Shown here piece by piece: positions 51,627-64,000 of a DNA stretch of 64,000 bases. The stretch comes from Geosiphon pyriformis uo1. Its lineage: Eukaryota > Fungi > Glomeromycota. The translations under genes were made by a program, and so were the position numbers. The stretch covers positions 222,205-286,204 of the forward strand of contig JAAOMT010000193.1 of NCBI GenBank assembly GCA_016748015.1. Reading direction: 5' to 3'. A model generated the notes under the pieces. That model had not been told where the DNA came from. It did not search any database and worked only from the letters and a program-made list of their open reading frames with translations. How positions within the stretch are numbered: the stretch's first letter is position 1; each line of letters begins with the position of its first letter.

Positions 51627-53730
51627 CTTTGTTTTCTTAATTTTATGACTACAATCAAAATAAAGAGTAAAAAAGCTGCATTTAATATTTTTTCTGAGAT
51701 ATTTAATAAAATTTCAAACAGAAAAGTTTCTTTATTGTTGAAGCAGTTAAACAGAATGTTTTAAAAGTCTTTTTCTTGCTTAATAATCGTGAAAAGCTGT
51801 TTTTGGTAGCTACTAAAACATCTTTCTTATTTTTGGCTGGTTTTTTACCAGTCAAAGTTTTCTCAAAGAAATACACTTGGATTAATTTTAGTATTGCCTT
51901 CATCCAATTTAAGAGTTAAAAAGTTTTTAATAACAAATTAGTCAACAAACTGGTCTTTTTTTTATAGTTTTTATATTTGGTGCTGTTAACACCACCTCTT
52001 CAAAAAATATGATCAAAAAGACCAAAGATTCAAAAAAGTAAAGCAGTTACTTGTTTTTGCTATTGTTACACCAAATCTTTTTGGGATTTTTAATAAGATT
52101 TCAGATAAAATATCTGTTGTATTATTTAACATATTATCTAAGATGGGCCAAAATTAACTACTGACTGTGTTGTCAAATGTGATATTTTTTAACAGATTAT
52201 TACTGGTTTTTACTTTAGTGTTTAGTACAACTTTTAAAATCAAGCTGGTTTATGTTAAGACTGTTTTTCAATCTGTGCATGATTTTTTGAGTGTAAAATC
52301 TGTTTTTAAAAACAATGTAAAGCTTTTTTGTATGAGTTTGCTTTCTAAAATTCTCTGAATGCTGTGTTTCTAGTTAAATTTACAAGTTCAATTTGTTTAG
52401 TTACTTTTAAATTTGTCAAGTTTTTGGTAGTATCCAAAACTGGTTTCTTTTCTGCTGCTGTTATACTACATAATATGTTTTTGGGTATATTTGCTGTTAA
52501 TATTAAGACAGCTTTCAATATATTTAGTGAAGTTACTCATATTGTACCAAAGTCTATTGGCATTTAGTAATATATGATTATTTACTTTGTTAAACTGAAC
52601 TTTGCTGTGTCTGCTTTGAATTATTGGTTAGCTTTAATAAGTAAAAATAGTATTAGAATTCTTTCCTTAATAAATCAAAATAAGTCTATTTTGTTTTATA
52701 ATAGGTTTAAAACCAAGTTGATCAATTTTCTTTTTGGTTGTACTGTTTTTAGAATTAGTAATATGATTTCTTAAGTTAGTAGTTGAACATGTTTTATTTT
52801 TTATTTCTCTGATTTTGGTTATTATTTTCGATTGGTTTTGATAATATTTGGCTTCTAAATTGATTTGAATGCTATAGTTTTTAAGACTAGTATGTTGAAA
52901 AAATGCTATATCTGATAAAAAATTTTTGGTTGTTGGTGCTGTTTTAAGTGTTAAGAAATAAGCTATTTGACAGTAAACTATAAAGTTTTACCACCTCCTT
53001 TGTCTAAGACTTTTAAGATATTTAAATTATGTTTTATAAATAGTGTTTTTTATGCTAAGGTTTCTGTTCTTCTGAATTCTGCTGGGTTTTTTTTTGGTGG
53101 CTTTTACTCTTTTTTCTGTAGTTGTTGGTAATTTTTTGATTTCCTCTTGGCTAGTATTTTTAAAATGTGATTTGATTAGATTGTTAGCTTTGATCAAATT
53201 AATTGTTAAGTCTGTTAATATATTGATTACTATGTTTAAACAATTTATTAAGAGTAATTTAACTTCAAGCAATGTTCTTAGTTTTAATATTAATAAACTT
53301 ATAATTTATTTGGGTTTTTTTAGCAAAATTGTTAATAAGTTAAAAAAAAATGATCTTGTTAAAAAAAATACTGTATAAATGATATTGGTATGTTTGGTGA
53401 CTCGAAAATTTGGTGTTGATAATGATACATTTTCTAACTTGATGTCTTTTTAGGTATATAAATCTAATAATATTAAAACTAATCTCTTAAAAATGGCTAA
53501 ATAACTGGTTGGATTGATTTTTTGTAGTGTTTAATTGTTTGATATAATTTAAAAAATATTGGCTTTGAATAAATTTTTTTTTGTTATATTAATGTAGTAT
53601 AGTTTGAATTGGTTTAAGTAACTAGTTCTATATAAAAAGTACATGAATTATACTTAATTTGAAATGCTTAGTTTGTTTTATAGTCTTAAGTAATAGTTGA
53701 ACTATACTTATTAAATACAAATAAAAAAAA
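51627..53730 (+). mobile_element. ORF1-only non-autonomous retroposon (half-LINE); true 5' end at 44852, separated by the LINE insertion
   Basis: A single degraded ORF1-like frame at 51645-53597 with an eroded knuckle (CFKC*EISYLTVNY), then a 3'UTR homologous to the LINE 3'UTR, poly(A), and TSD ACAATAGTT (44843-51 / 53731-39). Confidence 0.82.
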
Positions 53731-53864
53731 ACAATAGTTTTCAAATTAAATAATTAATTTTTAAAATTATTAAGAAATTTACAAATAAGTTTTTTATTGT
53801 TTTTGTTATTAATTAGTTTTTAAAGTTTAATAAAAGAAATAGTAATTATAATAATATTAATAAA

Positions 53865-55485
53865 TTTTTATTTATTTTAACAAAATAAAATTTAATTGCT
53901 ATTTAATATAATACAACATTTAAGTATTTTAAATAAATATAATTCATATACTTTTTATATATAATTAACTATTTAAGTTATTTAAAAAATTAATTAAATT
54001 AAATCAAAAAAATTTAGAAAAAAAATTTAACTTATAAAATCTAATAATAAAACTATTTATATTTTAATTATTAAATAAACTTATTTAAAAATAATTTAGT
54101 TTTTTTAATACTCTATTTAATATTAGAATTATTATTTGTCACAAAACTATCAAACAATTAATAATTTTATTATTTAAAAAAAATTTTAACAATATTAATA
54201 TGTTATCAAAATTTATCTTAGTTTTAAGATTATTAAAGTTTTTAAACAAATTAGCCAAAAAATCAACAAAAATTTTAGTAACATATTTTATAATAACCAA
54301 TTTTTTATCTTAAAATTTTTGTGTATATTTTTAATTAAAAAATTAATCAATTTAATAATAAAATTAATTAAAATAATTAAATTAAAGATTAAAATTTCAA
54401 AAAATTTTGTCTAAAATTAAACAAAGAATTAACAACAGAATTAGTCAAAAGTATAATAAAAAAAAACCAAAAAAGCAAAAGTCTTAACATAAAATTTTAT
54501 ATAAATAAAAAATAAAACAAAAGTCTTAAAATTATTAACAAACTTAAAAAAAACTTAAAAAAAAATAGTGATATTTTATAATCTAAAAATAAATAATTTA
54601 AATTTAATATTTATAATAGTAATAATATTTAGAAGTTTTTTATCAAATATAATATTTATGTAAATATTGATTTTTAAAACAGTTGAATTTAAAATTTCTA
54701 AAACTTAAAAATAATAATAGCAAAATATTAATAACAATAAAAATTCAAATAAAACAATTATTATTACCGACTTAAAAAATCAAATAACTAATTATAAAAA
54801 CAATAAAACCAAAAAATATTAATTAACTTGGCTTTAAAAATGTTTTTTAAATAATAACTTTTTTTTAATTAAGCAAAAAAATATTTTAATACTGTTTTTT
54901 ATTAATATAAACTAATAAACAATAGTAATAATAATAATATATTATTACAAACTAATAAACATTAACTTAATCAAAATAACAATATCGAAAATACCAAAAA
55001 TATTATAAAATACAATAAAAATTAAAAAAAAAAACAAAAGCCACTACAAAAAACTTTGTAATTTTAAATATAGTCAAGAAAATAAAATTACCAATAAAAA
55101 TTTTATTAACAATAACTAAAAAAACATTAAAAACAAAATTTACACAAAACAACTTAATATTGTTTTTTAAATCTAATTTTAGTTTAACAAAACCAAACAA
55201 TAAATTTATTAAGGCCAATTTGATCTTAAAAGTATTATTAAACACTAAAATAAAGATTATTCATTCAAAAAATTTTAAAAACTGAAAATTGTTTTCTAAG
55301 TGCTATTAAAAACAATATTAGAAAACAAAAATAAACAAAAATAAAATATTTATAAGTTTAAAATGTTTTTTATTATTAAAAACTTATTGTTTTTATTAAA
55401 AGTATATTTTTTATTAAAAATTTTTTAAATTACACATTTTTTAAAAATACATTAGTTTATAAATCTTATTAAAAACTTTTTATAA
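53865..55485 (-). mobile_element. Second, more eroded ORF1-only element
   Basis: FNNTFKIKLA...KNNIKLFCVNF matches FSTTFKIKLV...KNNVKLFCM of the plus copy. The same 3'UTR lies on the minus strand at about 53865-53995. The 5' limit is uncertain. Confidence 0.7.
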
Positions 55486-55489
55486 TGTA

Positions 55490-58400
55490 TTTTTTTATTA
55501 TGTTTTTATATATAAAGTTTTATATTATAGTCTAACTGTTATTTAGTATATAAAACCAGGCTAAATAATTTAAATTAAATACAATTTATATTTTTACTAT
55601 ATATGACTAGTCATTTGAATTAGATAAAACAATACTATACATCTATACAAATATTAATATTATCATTTAAACTGAAAAAAGACATATTTTGTACTTAGTA
55701 AAGCTAATTGCAAAAAACTCAATAATATCAAGCAATTAAATCATTTATTTAACAATACAGCTATTATATTATAAAATAAGTCTAATATTAACTTACTATT
55801 TTTGATCAATTCAGTTTTTTTTATATTTATTTTTTATCTAGATTTTACAAATTATATTTTTAATTAATGCAATTTTACCAGCTATCTAATATATTTAACA
55901 ACAGCTAAAACAATTTTATTTCTTTTATCAAGAGCTATAACAGTCTTTATGTATTATTTTCTCGACACAAATTTTTTGCAAACTACTACATACAAGTTTA
56001 TATCTAATAAACACATAAAAAAAGTCTTTAAAACAGTAAAAGTAGAAAAAATATAAGTACTAACTAATAAATTTCACTATTTAGAAGTCTTTGCTAAAAT
56101 ATTTTTGCAAACACTATTATTTTTAATATAATTAAAGACATAATTTAATAGCTCTATTTTATTATACAACAAATACAATATATTTAAATATATTCTGTTA
56201 TATAATTTTTTCTTAACTGCTATTAACAATCATTTATGTATAATTTTTATTAAGTATATATACAGATTAGTAAACTTTCCATTAATAAACTTAAAAAACA
56301 TATGTGAATTCAAATGTTATGCTTTCACAGTAACCAATTAATTTATTTTTAATTAATCTATCCAAAATCACATTATAATTAAAACCAGTTTTCCAACAAG
56401 TACAACAAATAGACTAAAACAAATTATGAATAAAATAACAAATATTGTTAAATACAATTGTGTTTTTAATTATTAAAAAATGTTTGTGTATACCAATTGA
56501 CAAAAAAAAAAGAAGAATAAGTAGTTTTATCTGTTATTATATTAACTTTAATATTGTTCAAAACTTCTAAATAATTTTTAACTTTAATTCATTTAATTAA
56601 AAAATTTTTGTCCTTAATTAAATTGGCAATATATTTTTTTTTCACTTAATATTAATTATAAAAGTCTGATACAGCAAATAAAGTCTTAAACACACATGTA
56701 TTAATAATAATTTGTCTATTTGGATGTAAAATTACAACACAAAAAGATAGAATATATTTCAAAAATAAAGTAACAGTCTGTAATTCAGCTATAATAGAAA
56801 ACAAAAACTCATATATCTTAATATTAATACTTATATTTACAGCAAAAAAATAAGCCATAGTTCTACTGGCAACTTCTATAAAACCAGTATTTTTTAAAGA
56901 TCTATTTATATAAATCTTAATAATATCTAATCAAATTTTATGTTAATATTTTTGCACATTAAAAAACTCTCTAAAATTCAGAATATTCAAGCCAAGTAAT
57001 TTGCCAATACAAACAGATTCATTATTATTAAGAAGTTATTATCACTTAAAAATTTTGACACTAGTTCAAACCAATAAGACATAAAACTTTTAAAATTCAA
57101 TATTTTTCACCAATAAAACATTTTTTAATTTATTATATTGCTTTTTTTGTCCAAAAGTCTGTTATTAAATACAATTTCAAATTTTCTTAAAAATTAAATT
57201 AAACTATAGTACAAAAACTTTTCTAAAATGTTTAATATTAGAAACTTATTAGGATTAGAAAATATATTAAGCAAATTATTCTTTAAAAATAAATTATTGT
57301 CCAAAAAAATTTTTATCACTTCAGCCAAAAAATTGTTTATTGGATTAACACATAACTTGACAGAAAATTACAAAAGATTCAAAAAAACCTATCTTAGAAC
57401 CTACAAATTTAAGAATCAATAATCAAACAAACTCCTAAAAATACTTAAAATATTAAAAAAAACAATAATTAAAGCCAATTTACTTTCAAACTGTATTTGT
57501 TCAAAGGACTTTAAACTATACAAAAAAAAATAGTGCAAAGCTTTATTAAAAAAGTTTTATAACAAATTGGTTTTAGCTTTAAAATTTTTTCTAATTACTA
57601 TATCTCATTTATAATACATATTTAATGATATAAAACTAAACTATAACTAATAACTAACTATAAATTACAAAACAGCTAATACTAAATAAGAGAACTGCTT
57701 ATCTGTAATTATTTTTTTAATATTATATTGGCAAAAAATTTAACATTAAAGTAAGCTTAAGCTAAACTAAACTTAGAAATATCTTCAGTTGATAAAAAAA
57801 TTCCAAAATATTTGTGTAATTTACATTTTTTTACAATTGAAATCAACAATTTATTAATTATAAATAATGTATTTTTGAAACTCTGATTAATAAAAATGAT
57901 TACAGTTTTCTCATTATTAATTAAAATATTGTTGATATTAAAAAACTCATTAACAATATTTAAATTGTATTAAATAGAAGTTTAATTATTTTTAAATTAA
58001 ATTGTGTTATTAATAAAAATATTTACAGCAAAAAAAAATGTTTTTTTTTACCTTTTTTTATTTTGCCAGTTTTGATCACAAATTTAATATTAATTTAATA
58101 TTTACACAAGTGTTTATGTTTTTTAACTTTACACAAAAAAAAATTATAAAAAATTCTCTAAAAAAAAATTTTATTTTAGTCTAATTTATTATGTATTCTA
58201 TAATTATTAAAGAACCCAAATTCTGTTATTACTTTATTAATTCTGTTTCCTTATATGTTGCCAAAAATCCCAATAAACTGGCTACATATTTTAATATATT
58301 ACAAGCTAATCCTTAGATAAAACTATCTTACTAAATTATAAGCTTTGTACATATCTTGTAAAACCAATCAAAGCTTCTTATTTTTTTTCAGAACATTTTT

Positions 58401-61400
58401 AATAACCAACTTAATAAAATAAGAGACTGAATTAATGCATTCTTTAATATTAAAAAGTTATTATCACAAAAAACATTGAATTTGCTACATATTAAGAAAA
58501 TTTAATTAAAAAAATTTTAAACAAAATTTTTTTAACTGTTTTAATTAATGCTATAGATTAAGTATTAATTGAGATATTATCTTATTTATAAGACTTAAGG
58601 ATTATTAAAACTTAGGTTCTCTTTTAAAAAACTGAAATATTGCTTAATAATAAACAAAAATTTAATAAAACCAAAAAGCACTTTATAATAATATTACTAT
58701 TATGCTTCTAAAACTTATTTAATATTTCAAACAAATTAATAACTTTGCTATTAAGTAAACTATTAACCACCTAAACCAGTTTTTTTATGTTAACTTTTTT
58801 TATTATATTAGAAAAAACATTATTATTTATATAATTTAAAAGCATATATTGATAAAACCAAAAATCAGACATTTTTAAAAGCACAGATTGCTTATTTGTT
58901 TATTTTTTTATAAATTTATTAATTTTAAGCTTTATTTTGTCCAATTCTATAATTAATTTATTTTTAACCACTAAATAATCCAAAACAATTTTGTAAAAAG
59001 ACTGCTTCAGAATACTTTTTATTATACACTTCTTGTTAAAGCAAAAATTCTCTATATATTATTTAATTGTTTTCTTAATAAAAGTATTTTTAATTACTTT
59101 TAATTTGTAATACTTAAATTTTTTATATCTTTTTTTGACTATTAATAAATGTTTAATAACTTTTATTATTTTTATATTATCTTGAATTATACTAATAATC
59201 TTAAAAATTTTAGTATTATTAATAATTGACCAAATTTTGGCAAGACATTTAAATTCTAAAAAATTTTTAAAGTTCAATTTTTTAATAATTTTAGCAATGA
59301 GCAGCTTTAATTTAAAGAATTTTAATAACTGAAACAATTATATTTACTATACCAATATCTAAAAAATACTATATTAGCAGAATGTACCAAAACTTATTTC
59401 AGCATCTCTTATATTGTATTCAAGTTACCAAAAATTTTTGCTTTTTTAAACATATTTAATATTGCCAATAGTTTAACAGGAAAACATTTACAAAAGCACA
59501 TTTACTTAATCTTATTTATATCTTTACTTTTAAATTTCTATTAATTTTTATTGGCTTGTTTATAAATACTATTAAGACAAACATCTAAAAAATCATTTAA
59601 CCCAATTGTAATTAAAACTGTCTTGTAATCTGTATAAAAGAACTTAAACATAATATTAACTCTGTGGTTTGTAATTGTAAATAACAGGTTATTATTTACA
59701 AAAATGTAGTTTATGACTTTTTCAATGTTTTTAGAATTGTTTTAAGTAAAAATTTTAACTAAATAATATCTATTAAAAGAATTAACCAAATCCAAATCTA
59801 AACAAAATTTAAAACTCACATTTTTTTTGGATCTATTCTTATTGAAATTTTCATTCAAGACTACAAAAATACTGAAATTAACTAATTTAGCAATAAAAGC
59901 ATTAATTTTTAATATTTGCCTAAATTTAGCTTCAATAAAAGCATTAATATACAAACTCAAAACCACAACAAAAATTTTGTTCTTAAATAAAAAACAAATT
60001 TAAATATCTTTATTCAGAATCTTATTAATCTTCAAAATATAATAAGTCAAAAACTATTCATAATTACTGTCACATCAATACCAAAAAAACATTTGTCTAA
60101 ATTAGATATCAAACTTTATTAAACTTATTTATAATTTAAGACTTAACACTAGGCTTTAATTTCATCTTTATTATAATAAAAATTATGTTATCTGAGTTTA
60201 TATACTAACAAACAACATTTTTTTGTCTAATAAAAACATTAATATTCTAAATATTGTATATAATAATTCTAAAATAACTTGTTTATTGATAAAAAAAGTA
60301 TTTAAGCCTAATCTAATATTCTTTATTTTGGTTAACAAATCTATAATCATATTTAACAGATTGTTTATATTGTTTTTTAACTTATAAATAACCAACAGAT
60401 TAAAAAATTCTGTTTTTATAATAGTCTTATTATTAATAGTTATATTTAAACTCTTACTTATTATTATATCTATCTCTTAATTTTGTGATAAAAAAGTTAT
60501 CAACAACTAATATTCAGAATTAGACTAGAAAACCATTGGCCCAAGTACATTCAACTTCTTAGTTAATTTATTAATTTGTTTTATAAGATTGATAAAATTG
60601 TACTTAAGAACAGTAAACTTATTACTTAATTTTAATGTAATTAATAGAAAATTTTTTTTTTTAAAAAAGAACCAGTTTTTAAAAAACTATTTTGTATAAG
60701 AAAAAAAAAGTAAAGAATTAGCAACAACTTAAATCCAAGTTTTACTACTAAATAAAACTGAATAAACTATTAAAGTTTGTTTTTTTCTTATATATATTGA
60801 TAAATTGTATTTGATTTTGAGAAAAAACTGGTTTTTTATTGTAATTACTTGAATATTTACTATTAAAGCACATAATAAAAACATGACCAAATTGTTTATA
60901 CTAAGTACAAACAGCTAATAATAAGCCAATCCAGTGCAATTTTACACTCTTAAAAACTAAAATAAAACTAATAACAGCTTTTTTTAATATTTTATTAACA
61001 AAACAAATAGTTATATATCTGTTATATTATTACAAGTAATTATTTGGAATGTTAAAACAAATAACAAATCCATAACTTGGTGCTCAATAATTGGTAATTT
61101 GGTAATTTCTGAAAGTTTTAATTAAGTCTTTTGTATAATAAACAAAAATTCAATTAATAGTTTCTTCTGTGAATTTTTTTTTTAGTATGATAACTGGTTT
61201 ATTTTGACAGTCATGCTTTTCTGATAAGCTAATCTTAAATTTCTACTCTTTGTTTTCTGGTTTTTTACAAAACTATTATTGAAATCAAATATTTAGTACT
61301 TAATTTTTTTAATCAATTAATAAACAACAAAGAAACAAAACAAAAAAAACAAAATAAAAAATTAGTATTCTATCAATAGCTATAATTAAAAGCTATTGAT

Positions 61401-63185
61401 TTAATGTGGTTAAATATTGAATTTTATCAACATAGATTGTTGATAGTATAAAAGTAATTAATATTTTTTAATCAAGTAATAATAATATAAATTAAATAAT
61501 AATTAGATATTTTATTAATAGTAATATAATTCTGTTTTAAGTTATAAAAAACTATTTTTTAAAAAAAAGGTAAGAATAAGTAGTTATAGCTAACTACTGT
61601 TCTATCTAAATTGAATAAATTTTTTCTGCTTTTAATATTCTTATTATATATACATAATTTGTGTTATACAAAATTCCTTGAAATACTGCAATTTCTTGAA
61701 AAAAATTCTAGAATTCTGCAATTCTGCAATTCTGCAATTTTGTAATTCTGTAATTTCTTAAAAAAAATCCTAAAATTCTGGAATCCTCTAATTTTCTAAG
61801 AAGAATTCTGGAATTCTCTTTTTTACTATGCATATTTTTAATTGGCTATTTTACCTATTATTATAATTCCTAATTTTTATGAGTAACAATATCTATATAT
61901 GTTTAAATTATGGTCAACAGAACAAGTTTTTTTATTATATAATGCCAATAAATCAAAAAAATTCTGAGCAGTAGTGCCAATTAGTAAAATATATAGCAAA
62001 ATTTAATGCAAATTCTTAAACATTCATGTTTTTTTATCATCAATAGTTTTGGTTATACACATAAATTTTTTTTTATGATAACTTATTACTTAATTGCAAC
62101 CAAATTACCAATGTCAACAGTTTCAAATTCAATCAAAATCTTTTGTTAAAAACCAATAAATTGTATCTTAATTAATATAATTTTACTAAACTTAAAAAAA
62201 ACTGATTTTACAGCCAATTTCAGAAAATTGGCTTGAAATTTTCTTGACTATTATTTCTTAATCTGTATAACTACTAATTTTTTTAATATTATTATTAACC
62301 AAAATTTTCTTACAAATTGTCATGTCTTTAGCTTTTTTTAAATTTGATTCCAATATAAAAATAATTTAATAATTCCTAAAACTTTTAAGGAAATAAACAT
62401 TTTTTTTAAAACCATCAATACAATAAAATTTTTTTTCATATTTAACAATTTATTTTTAGATATTTTGTTAAACACAACAAATAACTTAATATCTAATATA
62501 AAAAATTTAATTGGCTTAAAATTCTTTTTTTTCAAAACACATAATATAATTGCTGACAAATGTTTGACACCAAAAAACTTAGAATCCAAAATATTAAAAT
62601 ATTGTTAGCATTATTACTTAGGTTATTAAAGAATATTTTTTTTAGTTGGCTATTTAAAACATATATTTTGGTGTATGTTCTTTTGAATGTAGTATTATTT
62701 ATTGTATTATTAATCTCTGAAATATTTAAATTTGTATAGCTGGTCTTTTTTGCAATTTTATTTTTCATATTTTCCAGATCTAAGATTTTACTAACACTGT
62801 TCATTTTATTGTTTATTTTACTGTTTCAAGATCTCATAAATTTAATACTTTTGGTTTTTATATCTGCAAAACTTAAAAAACCAATAGACAACTTAACTAT
62901 ATTGCTAACAATAATAGACTTCTTTGGTTTTTTATATAACATGTTATGTAAGTAAACACTTTCCAAATGCTTATTTTTGACTTTAGACTGGGTTTTTAAC
63001 TTAGTTAAACCAAATACTAATTTACTAGCAGAAGAGTCTATTGGTTTTATAGCCATAAACAAAGGTGTATTTAAAGAAATAACTGTAAAACTAAAGAAAA
63101 AAAAAATAAGAAAAATCATTTTTTTGGTATATTTTAGCTTTTATTACGATCAAAAAATTAACAAAAGAAAGATTTCAATAGTTTT
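55490..63185 (-). mobile_element. Heavily eroded full-length LINE
   Basis: ORF1 start MAIKPIDSS at about 63056, APE relic 59742-59966 (VLNENFNKN), RNase H relic 56652-56858 (SIIAELQTV), ORF2 stop at about 55635, homologous 3'UTR and A tail at about 55490. Confidence 0.85.
61028..61888 (-). mobile_element. Solo LTR (861 bp) inserted in ORF1 of the eroded LINE
   Basis: TGTTACTCA start on the minus strand, end homologous to the A and B LTRs, TSD ATAT (61024-27 / 61889-92), and 9-bp repeats at about 61670-61817. Confidence 0.9.
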
Positions 63186-64000
63186 ATTAACTTTTTTTAT
63201 GCTTTAAATATCTGCTATTAATTAATAATATTTTTAAATATGTTATTTTAATAATAATAATTATAAGTTAAAATAGTAATTTTTATTTACAATAAAATAA
63301 ATTTAATATAAAAATAAAAATAGTTTTCAAGTTTTTGGTTGTTTAATTACAAAATGTTTTGTTATTTTTCTATTTGAATAATATTATATACAAAAAAAAG
63401 TTTGTAAAGTTAACATAATTCATAAAATAAATTTGAAAATAGCAATTATACCAAAAATAACAAGTTTAATAATATTAAATTAAAGAATAAAGTTGCAATT
63501 TTTTTAATTACTTAAGTTTAATTAATAATATAAAATTTTTTTACATTTTTTATTAATAATCAACATATATATAATATATTAAAAATATTTTATTTAAAAT
63601 ATTTTATTGTTTTAACTAATTTAGATAACTGGCTACATGCAAACAAAACATAATCAAATTTTGTTTTTTTATAAAATTGTTAGTATTAATATTTTAAACT
63701 TAAAACTATTACAAATTAAAATAGGCATTTCATGTTATTTATACTGAAAATAATGTGTTATTTAAAAAATCTGGAGTAAAAAATTCAGTCATTAACAGCT
63801 AAAAAAATAAAATAAAAAAGCTATTTGTTTTGAATAAAATACTTTTTTAATTCCGAAAATATAAAAAAACAAAGATAAGCATGACAAATTTGAAAATTAA
63901 GATAGATTTAAGCAAATAATAACATAATTAAACATCAGTACATTTAATATGGGATGTTTAAAAGTCTAAACTTGCATTATAGATAATTGCTCCTCTGGCA

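Noticed and set aside
63700-64000. Slightly GC-richer window end as a possible gene start
   Set aside because: Too short, with no identifiable ORF or motif.

Overview
Eukaryotic, extremely AT-rich and transposon-saturated region. The spliceosomal introns, the Kelch-TM, BTB and Sel1 gene relics and the retroelement proteins point to a Glomeromycotina fungus, Geosiphon-like (inference from family recognition; no search was run). I find no intact host gene. 1-23.5 kb is a four-level nest. A LINE relic carries Ty3/gypsy element B (minus). B carries a complete dUTPase-encoding element A (810-11612, plus, TSD GCAT) and element C (14939-23525, minus). A and C each contain a solo LTR. 23.5-25.7 kb is a decapitated Kelch-TM pseudogene fused tail-to-tail to a 5' fragment of the splicing factor PRP4. 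26-41 kb is an AT desert with BTB and Sel1 relics and a duplication around an N gap. 41240-43471 is a pogo-like DNA transposon. 44.9-63.2 kb holds two full-length APE-RT-RNaseH LINEs flanking two tail-to-tail ORF1-only elements that carry the LINE 3'UTR stem-loops. The main candidates for undescribed biology are: (1) a LINE / half-LINE partnership; (2) a hairpin + branch-point + polypyrimidine module in every LTR family; (3) a conserved accessory ORF in the env position; (4) an oriented NCAT integration preference; (5) pervasive C-to-T erosion not limited to CpG.
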